Shown piece after piece: positions 1 through 13,062 of a stretch of DNA of 64,000 bases; position 1 is the stretch's first letter; each line of letters begins with the position of its first letter. Position numbers and translations under genes: made by a program. Source of the stretch: Hydrolagus colliei (lineage: Eukaryota); contig CM068752.1 of NCBI GenBank assembly GCA_035084275.1, positions 8,308,001 through 8,372,000 of the forward strand, written 5' to 3'. Below the pieces are notes generated by a model, which ran no database searches, was not told the DNA's origin, and worked only from the letters and a program-made list of their open reading frames with translations.

Positions 1-178
1 CTCCCAAAGTTTCCGTTATGGATCCTACTCAACGTCAGGTTCGACCAAGACAGACTTGATGTTTCCCAACAGGTGTAACTCACCCACACACAGGAACAGC
101 GTGAGGAGTGGAGCTATTGGAAAAGAAACTCCACAAGTCTCCAGTTCTGCTGAATATAGAAATCCTGTAAATGGTGAG
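1..178 (+). CDS. 3' end of clustered protocadherin variable exon V1 (truncated by window start)
   Basis: Frame from base 2 reads SQSFRYGSYSTSGSTKTDLMFPNR...YRNPVNGE, homologous to the tails of the downstream exons; ends GAG|GTGAGG (GT at 179). Confidence 0.93.
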
Positions 179-1348
179 GTGAGGTGCTTTAAAATAAACA
201 TCACTTGTTAGTTAGGGATTCCACGGGTGTTCGCAGCAAAATTCGTAGATATATTTCTATCGGTTACTTTTTGGTTTCAGAGTTGAAGCATCTGCGAAAA
301 AAAACAGCTGACACGCCAGTCTTCTAATATATGTATGTTGTATTTGTCCAGGCAGAAGTTGTATGCATAACGCAGTGTATTATATGTTCGTAAGTGTTTA
401 TATATGTATACATGATCTAGATAAAAATAACCACAACAAAATACAACAGTAAATACGTAGTTGTGGCTGTATAAATTAACAGTTCTTGCATATAAACACA
501 TGCGTCGTGCATTTAGCTTTCGGTGTATTACACTTTTAAACCAATCAAACTTGTTGTGGGAGGAATATCAGGGTTAGATTCCACCAATCTAAGAATGTTT
601 TGCTCAGGATCTGGTTTTGTATTGCCCGTCTTATCCAAAGAGAAGTCACCGCGGTCCTCATTGCTGGTACACATTTTAACCAGGGTATTGTCACGTTTGC
701 TATGTTATTCCTTGAAGAAACAAGTAGATGGCATTTACATTTCATTGTGTTTCTGGCGACAAAACTGTTCTTTTGTTCATTTTCAGGCATCCAAGCAAAG
801 CCAGGTTAGATATATAGCAGTCAATGTAGAGAGAGGTTCCTTATTTGGTTCTGCCGATAGATCTCAGCAGAATTATTTGTGCGAAGTGGATGCAGCATCG
901 TGCGTTCTGCTCAAGGTCATTTGGAGGCTCTCAGTAATCAAACTTGTTTCATTTGGAATAGTGACCAGGAAAACTCATACTGCACTTGTCAAGATACATT
1001 AGAACACATTTTACAAGAGGTGAATGGTCAATATGGTAACCTTCGGTAAAGCTCATTGCAGAATAACGTGATTATAATTGAATATCGGGATGCTAAGGCA
1101 AGTCTGTGATAGAAAAAACACACCTGTTGAATTCGGACAGAATCTTCTCTGTGTTTCTTACATTAAGTCTATATTTAATTGAGGTATGGATTGGTAGGCC
1201 TTATGGCAACAACTACAACCTTGTGCCAGTGAACTGTATTTAACAGACTGGTGAAAATATATAAGGAAATGAATTTAAAGGGTCAGTTCAATTATGGTTG
1301 TGCGCCCGTAAAGGTAAACGTACCACATTGGCTTACTCGAACGTCGTA

Positions 1349-1470
1349 GCTTTAAGAAAGGAGAGCTATTCTGATTGGTCTAGTGCGAATGTGCCTCCAT
1401 CCACCAATAAGTAGCTCGCATGTGACGGGAGATCCAGACTGCCCCCTTTTCCTTCCCATCCACCATTGCA
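1349..1470 (+). promoter_or_regulatory. V2 promoter cassette (GCTTTAAG / ATTGG / CCAAT / GAGATCC / C-rich tract)
   Basis: Motif block conserved upstream of all 11 complete variable exons; ATTGG 1374, CCAAT 1404. Confidence 0.75.
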
Positions 1471-1727
1471 TACGAACAGATACACAGTAAAATGGAGAGG
1501 GAGCTGCGGATCTTTGCAGCAGATTTTGACAAAGGCTGCTAATCGTGTTTGTAGAAGAAATATGGAGTTGTTTCCGAAGTAAACTTGGAGACTGTTTTTC
1601 AAACGTACAGGTATTTACTTACAATTCAGCTCAGCTGTTTAAGGGGGGAAATGGTTGATTCATAACAGTACCAAAGGAATTATTGAACAGTGTGGGTGCT
1701 GCTGAAGGGAAATGCTTTGTGCTGGAA

Positions 1728-4187
1728 ATGGGATTTTATACAATCAATTGCCCGTTAAAACGGCGGCCGTTCTTCTTTGTGACTTTCTGCTGGTGTGTAG
1801 TTTATGGGCAAATTCGTTATTCGATCCCAGAAGAGCTACAATTGGGCGCCTTTGTTGGGAATATCGCTGACGATTTGGGTTTAGCGGTGAAACAGCTGGG
1901 GACGCGCAGTTTCCGTCTTGTGTCTGGCCCTAGGAAACAATATTTAGACGTGAATTTGGAGAATGGGATCCTGTTTGTGAAAGACAAAATTGACAGGGAA
2001 GAGCTGTGTGGACCCAGTGTCACTTGCCTGTTGTCTTTCGAGATGGTTCTTGCCAATCCACTGAATCTGTACCGTGTTGAAGTGGAAGTTATGGATGTAA
2101 ATGACAACGCGCCCAGTTTTCCAAAGAGCCAGTTCCGCCTTGAAATCTCAGAGGTGGCGGCAGAAGGAGCTCGCTTCCCCCTTGAGTGCGCCCACGACCC
2201 CGACGTGGGAAGTAATTCATTGCAGACCTACCGACTGGCTGCAAACGAATATTTCAAATTAAACGTGGAGACCCGCCGAGGGGATGAAAAGTTACCGGTG
2301 CTCGTGTTGGATAAGCCGTTGGATAGAGAGAAACAATCGATTCACAGGTTAACGCTAATTGCGAAAGATGGTGGCGTCCCTGAAAGATCTGGTACAGCTC
2401 AGATAATTATCAATGTGGAGGATGCAAACGACAACATTCCTGTCTTCTCCCAGTCAGTGTATAGGGCCAGTCTGCTGGAAAACGTACCAAAGGGAACACT
2501 AGTAACGAGGCTAAACGCCACTGATTTGGACGATGGGACTAATGGTGAAATAGTATATTCTTTTAGTAGTCACACGTCTCCAAGAGTGAGCGAAATATTT
2601 GAGCTGAATTCAAGAACGGGTGAAATCAGAGTAAAAAAGAAATTGGACTTTGAGGAAAGTAGTGTATTTGAGATCAATGTGCAAGCAAGGGACAGGGGAC
2701 CTTCTGCAACGGCAGTGTACTGTGATGTGTTGGTGGATATTATTGATGTGAATGATAACGCACCTGAGGTGGAACTGACATCCTTGTCCAGTCCAGTTAG
2801 TGAAGATTCCTTGCCCGGGACTGTGGTGGCTCTGATCAGTGTAACCGATAAGGATTCCGGAGAAAATGGTCAGATACACTGTCAAATACCCAATCACCTT
2901 CCATTTGCTTTGGATTCGACCTCAAACAAATACTTCAGGTTGCTTACCCAGGGTCTTTTGGACCGTGAAAACATCTCCTCCTACGACATTACCGTGATGT
3001 GCAGCGACAGGGCAACCCCTCCTCTCACATCCAACAAAACCATTCGCCTGGAGGTTTCAGATATTAACGACAACGCACCACGCTTTCCTCTGTCTTTATA
3101 CAGGGCGCACGTTATGGAGAACAACCTTATCGGAGCTTCTATATTCACAGCCAAGGCTTATGATCCTGATTTCGGCCAGAACGCTCGAATCTCCTACTCT
3201 ATTTTGGGGAGCAGAGTTCAGGGTGAGCCGGTGTCCACTTATGTCCATATTAATTCAGAGAACGGCATCATAACGTCGCAAAGATCATTCGATTACGAGA
3301 AACTCAAAACTTTCCAGATCCAAGTACAAGCAAAGGACAATGGAGTCCCCCAACTCAAGAGCAACATCTCTGTGGATATAACTGTACGTGATCAAAATGA
3401 TAACGCCCCCGTGATTATTTATCCAATACCTGATCACGGATCGATAGTAAAAGAAAGTGTATCGCGGTTGGCAGAGCCAGGCTGCCTTGTTGCCAAGGTA
3501 TCCGCTACCGATGCCGATACGGGTCAAAATGGGCGTCTTTCTTACCAACTTCTCCTCGCTACTGACGCAGGCCTTTTTACAATATCACCCGATACAGGAG
3601 AAATCTGGACAATCCGCGGGATTGTAGACAGAGACGCCAAGAAACAAAGGTTGGTCATTGTAGCCAAGGACAGTGGAATTCCTTCGCTTTCAGCTACAGT
3701 GACCATAGTCTTATCAGTGACGGGTGGCAAAGTGGAAATGCTCTCTGATGTGAGTGACTTGTCGACAGATCCCGGGTTCACACCTGATTTAAGCCTTTAT
3801 TTGGTCATATCTCTGGCCACCATCTCTTCCGTGTTTTTCGTGATTTTGGTCATCCTGGCTGTGAAGGTGCACAGAAACAGAACCGTCATCGGTGACTATT
3901 ACTGCTGTTGCTTTGAAACCAGGCTCTCTCTGAACGGGATCCAGAAAGCCAGCAGAAACGTGCAGATACCCCCGAACTATGTCGAAGTGTTTGGAGGTGA
4001 CCCCCTTTCCCAAAGTTTCCGATACGGATCATATTCAACTTCGGGTTCTAGAAAAGGAGATGTGCTGCATTCCAACATGGGCGGTTCATCCACACAAAGG
4101 AATAACGCCAGAAGTGATGCCATTGGGAGAGAAGGACAACCACGGACAACGTATTCTGCAGACTATACGAACACTGTAAATAGTGAG
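1728..4187 (+). CDS. Clustered protocadherin variable exon V2 (signal peptide, EC1-6, TM, variable cytoplasmic segment)
   Basis: GQIRYSIPEE...GAFVGNIA start of EC1, repeated DxNDNxP/DRE/LDxE cadherin motifs, hydrophobic TM, PPNYVEVFGGDPLSQSFRY; true ATG at 1728; donor GAG|GTGAGG at 4187/4188. Confidence 0.95.
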
Positions 4188-5726
4188 GTGAGGCGCGTCT
4201 GAAAAAACAGCTAGTGCTTTCATTTTAAATGGGAAATTTATGCAGAATTTTATTTAGTTGCTAGAAGTTTCTGGAGTAATTTTAGTAAGTCCTTGTATTC
4301 AACTAATCTGTCCCTCGACCAACTCTCCAAATCGTTCAACCACTCGCCGGTGGGATCGCCTGTTAACCAGTCCCTACCTCTCTCCACTCTCCTTCCCATT
4401 CCTTCACTCTACAGGTTCTCGAAGCTACGAGGAGTTTGGGAGGACCTAGAAGCCATTTGGCCACCTCGCATGTTGACTTCTTCTCTGCTCATTCTGCCTC
4501 TAAGGCGATTATACTCACTTCCTTTGAAAACCTAATCTTTGCGCACCCCAAACAGTGAGTCCTTCACCCTGCCCCCCTCACCTCTCTCCAAAACTTCCCA
4601 GGCAGATCCATTGTAATACCTAGTCTAACATATTTTGGCAATTCTGTGTTACGGATCATTGGTGACTTTAGCGCCAGGAAGTGAATTATTTTTGTCGTTA
4701 TGGTCGAAGGCCTTTCAGGACAGTGTGGCACTCAACTGCACATGAAAGATCCGGTAGCTTTCCCCGTGCCTGTTAGGAATGTAAGTTGCAGTTATGCGTA
4801 AATTTCCAATTGATTTAGTAAGAGGGGAGTCTGTCATTTAAGACAATTGATATAATCGAATAGAATCCTTACGTGTTGTACTTACTTCGTGATTCTGTGA
4901 CTCACCAGGTTGTTCCAGGAAAATTGTTCACCTGATCAAAGGGGTTCATATAATAGACACGACTAGTTTTAAACAACATATCGAGTGAGATGCAGATTTA
5001 GGACAATATGTCTTTACGAAAAGTTTATAGATTAAGTTGGCAGCAACACTTACTGAAATGCGCTATACAAGTGTAATTTGTTGTTGGTGGAACAATAGTA
5101 TTGATGTACAGGGACCCAGTAAACGGTACTTGTCTAACTAAGATTATTCTATCTGATGAAGTTTGAGGATAATTATATAATCTAAAAATGTATTCATACA
5201 ATAGGAGGAGTGACCAAATAATAACGATGCTTTGGCTAAGGTTTTCAAGTGTGGTCCCTCAGAGCAGAGCAAAGGTGTTCCACTTGCCTCCCTTAAACAT
5301 ATCAGTTTATGGACATCGAAAGATGAAGAGGTGAGGGGGCTCACTGCAAATTCGAATATTGTATTATCTAATCAAACTGCAATGCCCAAGCAACTCGGCT
5401 ACAATGCACCACAAAACAACTATTGTAACTGATTTCAAGAGGCAATTGGGAGGATTTGTGCTTTTGTAGTACAGTACATGGATTGAAGAATACACAGTGG
5501 AAGCGTCCAAGTGATATTTACATCAGTGAAAACAATGGCTTTGTTGGACATAGGGACCTTTTCCTTTCGTCACCTACGTGATTCTTAGACTAACTACGAT
5601 AACAATGTTTGGGAGGAATTCGTGGGTAACAAATATCCTAAAGGTGAAAGGTGGTGTTGCTAATATTTTGAATGTAGATCGATCAATGTAAAACAGCCCC
5701 GAATGAAGATTTGCGGTGACATCCTC

Positions 5727-5835
5727 GCTTTAAGTAATGCTCCTCGAGGTGATTGGCTGATGGTGAGTTTGCCTGCTTGGACCAATGAGAAACCGTGATG
5801 TGGCTGGAGATCCTGACTGCACCTCCCCACCATCA
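5727..5835 (+). promoter_or_regulatory. V3 promoter cassette
   Basis: GCTTTAAG 5727, ATTGG 5752, CCAAT 5782. Confidence 0.75.
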
Positions 5836-6083
5836 CATACTAGCAGACACAGAGCAAAACCGGGACATTGAAGGGCGCACACTGTGTTTTGTGCAATCTC
5901 TGGCATCATAGGAAGATTCTGAAGAAAATATACATCGCCATTCACCACGAACAGGTACTTATCTACACATTAGCTGCTGTATTCGGTCAGAAGATTAATT
6001 GGTAAAGAGCATAATTCCAAGGAACTATTATTGAACGGCGGGTTGTGTGACGCTGCCACATTGGGAATGATTTTTTGCTGGAA

Positions 6084-8564
6084 ATGGAACGTAACCGAAC
6101 AAATTGGTTGATAAAATGGATTCCATTGTGCTGTATATTGTGCCTCCCGCGGCGCCTAGTTTCTGGCGAGATTCGCTATTCGATTCCCGAAGAGCTGCAG
6201 ACGGGAGCCTTTGTTGGGAATATCGCGGGCGATCTGGGTTTGGACGTGAAAGAGCTGTCGGCTCGCGGTTTCAGGATCGTGCCTGGCCCCAGCAAGCAGT
6301 ACTTGGGGGTGAATTTAGACAACGGAGTTCTGTTTGTGAAAGAAAAAATCGACAGGGAACAACTGTGTGGGGATTCCAGCCTGACTTGTGTGCTGTCTTT
6401 CGAAACAATGATCGAGAATCCTCTCAATCTGTATCGCGTTGAAGTGGAAATACTGGATGTGAATGACAATGCTCCCAGTTTCTCCAAGAGCCAGATCCGC
6501 CTGGAAATCTCAGAGTTGGCTGCCCCAGGAACACGCTTGGCTCTGGAGCGCGCCCACGACCCTGATGTAGGGACCAACTCCCTTCAAACCTACCAGCTCG
6601 GCCCGAACGACCATTTTATTCTGGTTGTGCAAACGCGCGGCTCCGATGGTAAGCTGCCAATGTTAGTGTTGGAAAGGCCGCTGGACAGAGAGAAGCAAAC
6701 GGGTTACAGGTTGGAGCTAATTGCCAAGGATGGAGGGATTCCCGAAAGATCCGGTACCGTTCAGATCATCATAACTGTACAGGACGCCAACGATAACGCG
6801 CCTGTTTTTCAACAATCACTTTACAGTGTCAGCGTATTCGAAAACACCGTCAAGGGGACACTGGTCCTTCAGCTAAACGCCACTGACTTGGACGATGGCT
6901 CCAACGGAGAGATAGTTTACTTATTCAGTAGCCACACGTCAGCTCGAGTGCGTGAACTCTTCTCTCTCAATGCCCAAACCGGTGAAATCAGACTGAAAGG
7001 AGCGTTGGATTATGAAGAAAAGAATGCGTTTGAACTCAATGTGCAAGCTGCGGATAAGGGTCCAAACTCGATACCGGGCTACTGTGATGTGTTGGTGCAG
7101 GTAACTGATGTGAATGATAACGCGCCAGAGATAACACTGACCTCTTTCTACAGCCCAATTGGTGAAGATGCTTTGCCTGGGACGGTGGTGGCTTTGATCA
7201 GCGCAACAGACAAAGATTCGGGCGAATACGGACGCGTGCAATGCCAGCTCGCCAACAACCTGCCGTTTCAACTCGTTTCCTCCCTGGAAAATTATTACAA
7301 GTTGCTGACGCAGCACTCACTGAACCGCGAAAATATCTCCGGCTACGACATCGCTGTTGTTTGCAGCGATGGAGGGAACCCGCCTCTCACATCCACTCAA
7401 AGCATCCGGGTGGAGGTGTCTGATGTCAATGATAACGCACCAGGATTCCCGCAAGCTTCCTACACGGCCCGTGTGCCGGAAAACAACGCGATCGGTTCAT
7501 CTATTTTCTCTGTGACTGCCTACGATCCCGATTCAAGCCTGAACGCCCAACTCACCTACACTATCCTGGAGAGTCGGGTTCAAGGAGAGTCGGTCAGCTC
7601 ATTGGTCTCCATGAATTCGGCCACTGGGACCATCGTGGCTCAACGATCGTTCGATTACGAGCAGCTCAAAAACTTTGAAATTCGGGTTCGAGCACTGGAC
7701 AATGGAGTCCCATCTCTGTCCAGTAACGTGTCTGTGAATGTAGTCATCCTGGACCAGAACGACAACTCCCCAGTCATCGTGTCTCCATTACCAGAGTTTG
7801 GCTCAACGGTGAAAGAGACTGTATCTCGGTTGGCAGAGCCAGGCTACCTGGTGGCCAAGGTTTCGGCCATTGACGCTGACACGGGGCAGAATGGGCGTCT
7901 GTCTTACCAGATTCTCCAGGCCACTGACCCGGGGCTTTTCACCATCTCCCCTGACACAGGAGAAATCTGGACCATCCGCAGTGTTAGGGACAGAGATGCC
8001 AAAAAGCAAAGGCTGGTCATTGTGGTGAAGGACAATGGAAGTCCCTCACTCTCAGCCACAGTGACCATCATGTTGTCGGTGGTGGGTGGCGATACAGAGA
8101 TGCTCTCTGACAGGAAAAGCTTATCTGTACCTGCTGAGTTCGGTTCACCATTGAGCCAGTACTTGGTCATTGCTTTGGGTTCAATCTCTTCCATTTTTCT
8201 AGTGGTTTTAATTATTCTCGCTGTTCAGGTTCACCTAAACAGAACTGCTTATGGTGCTTACAGTTGTGCTCTGTCTCCCTGCTGCTGCTTGGAAACGAGA
8301 CACTCTCTGAATGGGATTCAGAAAGCCAGCAGAAACGTTCAGATACCCCCGAACTATGTTGAAGTGTTTGGTGGCGACCCACTTTCCCAGAGCTTTCGTT
8401 ATGGATCGTGTTCTACTTCAGGTTCGAGCAAAGGAGATTTCCGGTTTTCCCACACTGGCCGAGCGTCCACACACGTGAATGACATCAGGAGGGAAGTTAT
8501 TGGGTTGGAGGGAAACCCACGGGTGTCTCACTCTGCAAATTATAGGAGCAATGAAAACGGTGAG
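6084..8564 (+). CDS. Clustered protocadherin variable exon V3
   Basis: Same domain layout as V2; ATG 6084; donor GAG|GTGAGG at 8564/8565. Confidence 0.95.
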
Positions 8565-9371
8565 GTGAGGCTCATTTGTTAAGCGAAACCTTGACGAATT
8601 TCTTTTAAATCCACACATCACCACGGAGAGTTTGCCGAAAGCAAGAAAGCGCATACCATGGCCGCTTCTTATTGGTTGCTTGATATAATATAAATGTTTG
8701 TGTCCAGGAAAACACAATTAGTTTTTTTTTGCTACAATATTGGTTGAAGCATTGTGATAGCTCCAAATCCTAACTCTTTATGGACTGTATCAATCTCCTT
8801 GATGGTGTAGTTATGAATTCGTATTTTGATCCAGCAACTATCAATGGAAATAAATATGCTGTACTTTAATCAACAAATGTACCTCGATTAAGCATCACAT
8901 ACATATATATTTAAAAATATCAAAATTGATAAACATTTCAACACAAAGCAGTAAAGGAGATATGAAATGGAAAATCTAGGGTTTGATTTGGATCACCACA
9001 AAGTATCGATACAGAGAGAAGTAGGAATGGCGGTAAAGATTTATGGAGGATATCGATTAGAGTGATATGGAGAGTATGCATTGTACGTATAGATCAAGGA
9101 TAGTTTTGAAAACAAAATCTATTTCCCAAGTTATGGTAACTTACGAGAAAAGAGGTATGTTGCTCACGTTATAAATGTTGTCACTCTGCTTTCTTGTGGT
9201 CAGTATGCTATATGTTTCTTTACAGGACTAGCAAAAGCAAAACAACATTTACCACTTTTGTCTCAAACTATTAGTTATTCAGCGATATGGTTTGGATTAA
9301 TAGTGTGGTTACCTGTAGCATTGCGCAGCAATACTGCGCTGGTTCAGGTTGAATTTGAGGAGTACATTCTT

Positions 9372-9492
9372 GCTTTAAGAAATGCACTGCGCTCTGATTG
9401 GATGAATGTGAGTTAGCTTCCATTCACCAATGAGAAGCTGGAATGCGACGAGAGATCCTGACTCCCCCCTTCCCCTTCCCATCCGCCATTGC
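9372..9492 (+). promoter_or_regulatory. V4 promoter cassette
   Basis: GCTTTAAG 9372, ATTGG 9397, CCAAT 9427. Confidence 0.75.
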
Positions 9493-9749
9493 AGACTCTC
9501 AGACAGACAGACTAACATTGGACAGCGAGCTGCGTAACGCTCTATCAGGACTCCTATGTGCAGCCATTGTGGTGTTCAATGGACAAAAAGGAAGTGTTTT
9601 TTGCAGCGATAGTCTGCGGTCTTGAACAATAACAGGTATTTCTCTACGTTCTAGTCCTTCATGTTAACAATGATATATACAGAACCTTTGCCGGGGGAAT
9701 GTTACAGCTGTGAGTCGTGCTGAAGCAATTGATATGTTTTATGCTGGAC

Positions 9750-12224
9750 ATGGGATATCATAAAATAAACTGGTGGCTAAAATGGCAGCTATTTTACTTA
9801 ACCTTCACTTGCTGGAAGCTAGTTTACGGCCAGATTCGTTATTCGATTCCTGAAGAATTGCAGTCTGGTGCCTTTGTTGGGAATATCGCACAGGATTTGG
9901 GTTTAGACGTGAAACGGCTGTCCGCTCGCAGTTTTCGCATTGTGTCCGGTCCCAGGAAGAAATACTTCGACGTGAATTTAGAGAATGGTATTTTATTTGT
10001 GAAGGAAAAAATCGACAGGGAAGAATTGTGCGGGAAAAGCCCCACTTGCAGGATATCATCCGAGGGCGTAGTTGAAAACCCCCCCAATGTGTATCCTATT
10101 GAAGTGGAGGTTTTGGATGTGAATGACAATGCTCCCGTCTTTCCCATGAGAAAATTCAGCCTTCAAATCTCGGAATTAGCGGCACCAGGGACTCGCTTTA
10201 CCCTGGAGCGAGCTCAAGATCCAGACGTTGGGATTAATTCCATTCAAAACTACGAACTGGTGGCGAATGAATATTTCAGTTTAAATATTCAGACCAGAAG
10301 TGTCGGCGGAAAGTCACCGGAACTGGTTTTGGAAAAACCGCTGGATCGAGAAATACACTCAAATCACGAGTTGGTGCTAATAGCCAAAGACGGAGGAATT
10401 CCGCAAAGGTCTGGCACCACAGAGATATCGGTCATAGTGGAAGATGCTAACGATAACTCACCAGTTTACTCGGAGCCACTTTACAGAGTCAGCCTATCCG
10501 AAAACACACCAAGAGGAACACTAGTCATCAAACTAAACGCCACTGACTTGGACGAAGGATATAACGGCGAGATCGTTTACTCGTTGAGCGGTCACACAAC
10601 GGACAGAGTGAGTGAACTTTTTAGTTTGGATTCCAAATCAGGCGAAATAAGAGTTCAAGGCAATTTGGACTTTGAAGAAAATGATGCGTTTGAGATTAAT
10701 GTGCAAGCAAAGGACAAGGGACAGAGTGCAATCCCAACATACTGTGAAGTATTGGTGAATATTATTGATGTCAATGACAACACACCTGAGGTGACACTGA
10801 GCTCTCTGTTCAGCCCAGTGGGTGAGGACGCGCTGCCCGGGACTGTGGTGGCTGTGATCAGTGCAGCAGACACAGATTCAGGAGCCAATGCACAAATACA
10901 ATGTCAGCTTAAAAACAAGCTTCCCTTCAAACTGGATTCCTCCTTAAAGAACTACTACAGGCTGGTTACACAGGAGCCGCTGGACAGGGAAAATGCCTCT
11001 GTGTACGACATCACCATTGTGTGCAGTGACAGAGGCTCCCCTCCTCTCACAGCCAACAAACACATACGGGTGGAGGTTTCTGATATCAATGACAACCCGC
11101 CCAGGTTTGGGCAGCCTTTATACACAGCTCACGTGATGGAGAATAACCTGGTGGGATCTTCCATTTACTCTGTGACAGCCTATGATCCGGATTCAAACCA
11201 GAACTCTCGGCTAGGCTACTCTATCCTGGAGAGTCAGGTTGAGGGGGAGTCAGTTTCTGGTTATGTTTCCATTAACTCAGACACTGGCGTCATTTTCTCT
11301 CGAATATCTTTTGACTACGAGCAACTCAGACAGTTTCAGATACTGGTTCAAGCTCAAGACCATGGTGTCCCAGCACTTTCCAGCAACGTGTCTGTGGATG
11401 TCACCATCCTGGACCAGAATGACAACGCCCCAGTGATCGTGTCCCCATTGGCCGAGTTTGGCTCAACAGTGACAGAGACTGTATCGGGATTCGCTGAGTC
11501 AGGTTACCTGGTCGCCAAAGTAACAGCCACTGACGCTGATTCCGGCCAGAATGCTCGTCTCTCTTATCAGCTTCTCCAGGCCACTGACCCTGGCCTGTTT
11601 ACCATCTCCCCCGGCACAGGAGACATCTGGACCATCCGCAGTGTCCAGGACAGAGATGTTAGGAAGCAAAGGTTGGTGATCGTGGTGAAGGACAATGGAA
11701 TCCCGTCACTATCAGCCACAATGACCATCATCTTATCAGTGGTGGGCGGTGATACAGAGATGATCAATGATAGGAAAGACGTATCTGTACCCCACGAATT
11801 TGACTCACCTGTTAGCCTGTACTTGGTCATTTCTCTGGCAATAATCTCATCGATTTTCCTGGTGGTGTTAATTATCCTCATTATTAAGATCCACAGACAA
11901 AGAACTGGGTTTGGTGACCCCGGTTACTCACTGTGTGCTTGTTGTTGTTTCTACCCAAGACATTCCCTAAATGGGATTCAGAAAGCCAGTAGAAATCTGC
12001 AGATTCCTCCCAACTATGTTGAAGTGTTTGGTGGTGATCCGCTTTCCCAGAGTTTCCGTTACGGGTCTTATTCAACTTCAGGTTCTTGCAAAGGAGGATT
12101 TCCATTGTCGAACCCGCTCAGTTCACCTACCCAGAGGAATAAAGACAGGAGTGAACCAATTGGGAACAATAGAATCCAACAGACATCGAATTCTGCAAGT
12201 AATAGGAATTGTGTAAACCACGAG
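9750..12224 (+). CDS. Clustered protocadherin variable exon V4
   Basis: Same layout; the ATG homologous to the paralogues is 9750 (another in-frame ATG at 9741); donor GAG|GTGAGA at 12224/12225. Confidence 0.94.
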
Positions 12225-12690
12225 GTGAGAGGCTTCTAAACAGAGTGGCAAAACCTCACGTTTTATTTTGAATTTCAGTTAGCCACAGGAAACGTCAATA
12301 TAAGAAATTTGGAAATGTATTATTGAAGCATGTGAGCAAATGTGGGTGTAACAAATGTTAGCATGCAGTTTTGTTTCTGTTGTGGTATTTTCTTAAAGTA
12401 ATACAACCCATTTCTATCAAGTGGTTTAATGGGTTCAATGTAGCAACCCAATGATCATCGCTAACGGTGGTATACTCTTCCAGCGCACGTGGTAGATGTT
12501 TGCTTCACGGAAGTTGATTGGTTTGGGTTAGTATTATTTTTTTACGAGAATAGCAAAACGAAACAAGAGTTACACTTTTTTGTCAAACTATTAGTGATTA
12601 AGCAATGTGGTTTGGAACACTGGTGTGGTTACTGTAGCATTGCGTAAGAACACTGCGCTGTTTCAGGTTGAAGTTGAGGAGTGCATTCTT

Positions 12691-12812
12691 GCTTTAAGAA
12701 ATGGACTGTGTTCTAACTGGCTGAATGTGAGTTGGCTTCCATTCACCAATGAGAAGCTGGATTGTGACGAGAGATCCTGACTCCCCCTCTTCCCCTTCCC
12801 ATCCACCATTGC
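12691..12812 (+). promoter_or_regulatory. V5 promoter cassette (first box mutated to ACTGG)
   Basis: GCTTTAAG 12691, ACTGG 12716, CCAAT 12746. Confidence 0.75.
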
Positions 12813-13062
12813 AGACTCTCAGACACAGAGTAACAGTGAACAGCGAGCTGCGTATCGGTGTGTTAGGGCTTCTGTTTGCATAAATAGTCGTGTTTTTAAC
12901 GAATTAAGATCATTCTCAGCGAAAGGCCTACGATTCTAGATGAGCTCAGGTTTTTGTAAAAGTATTTTATTGGAAAACATTATGATATATAAAGCAGTAA
13001 CCAGTGGAATACTGGAGCGGCGATGAGGCGTGCTGAGAGAAACAGAATGCGTTATATTGGAG

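Noticed and set aside
523-1002. 159-aa ORF between V1 and V2, and other short intergenic/intronic ORFs
   Set aside because: Many (including this one) lack an ATG start; none shows a recognisable domain or a counterpart in the paralogous spacers.
4290-4610. C-rich island after V2 with short ORFs
   Set aside because: Probably a decayed LINE fragment, but too degenerate to assign; no exon or gene evidence.
9308-9353. CGCT-containing block upstream of V4, V5 and V7 as the mammalian-type CSE/CTCF site
   Set aside because: Present only in the closely related V4-V7 group, CGCT is lost in V6, and the match to the CTCF core is poor; shared descent explains it.
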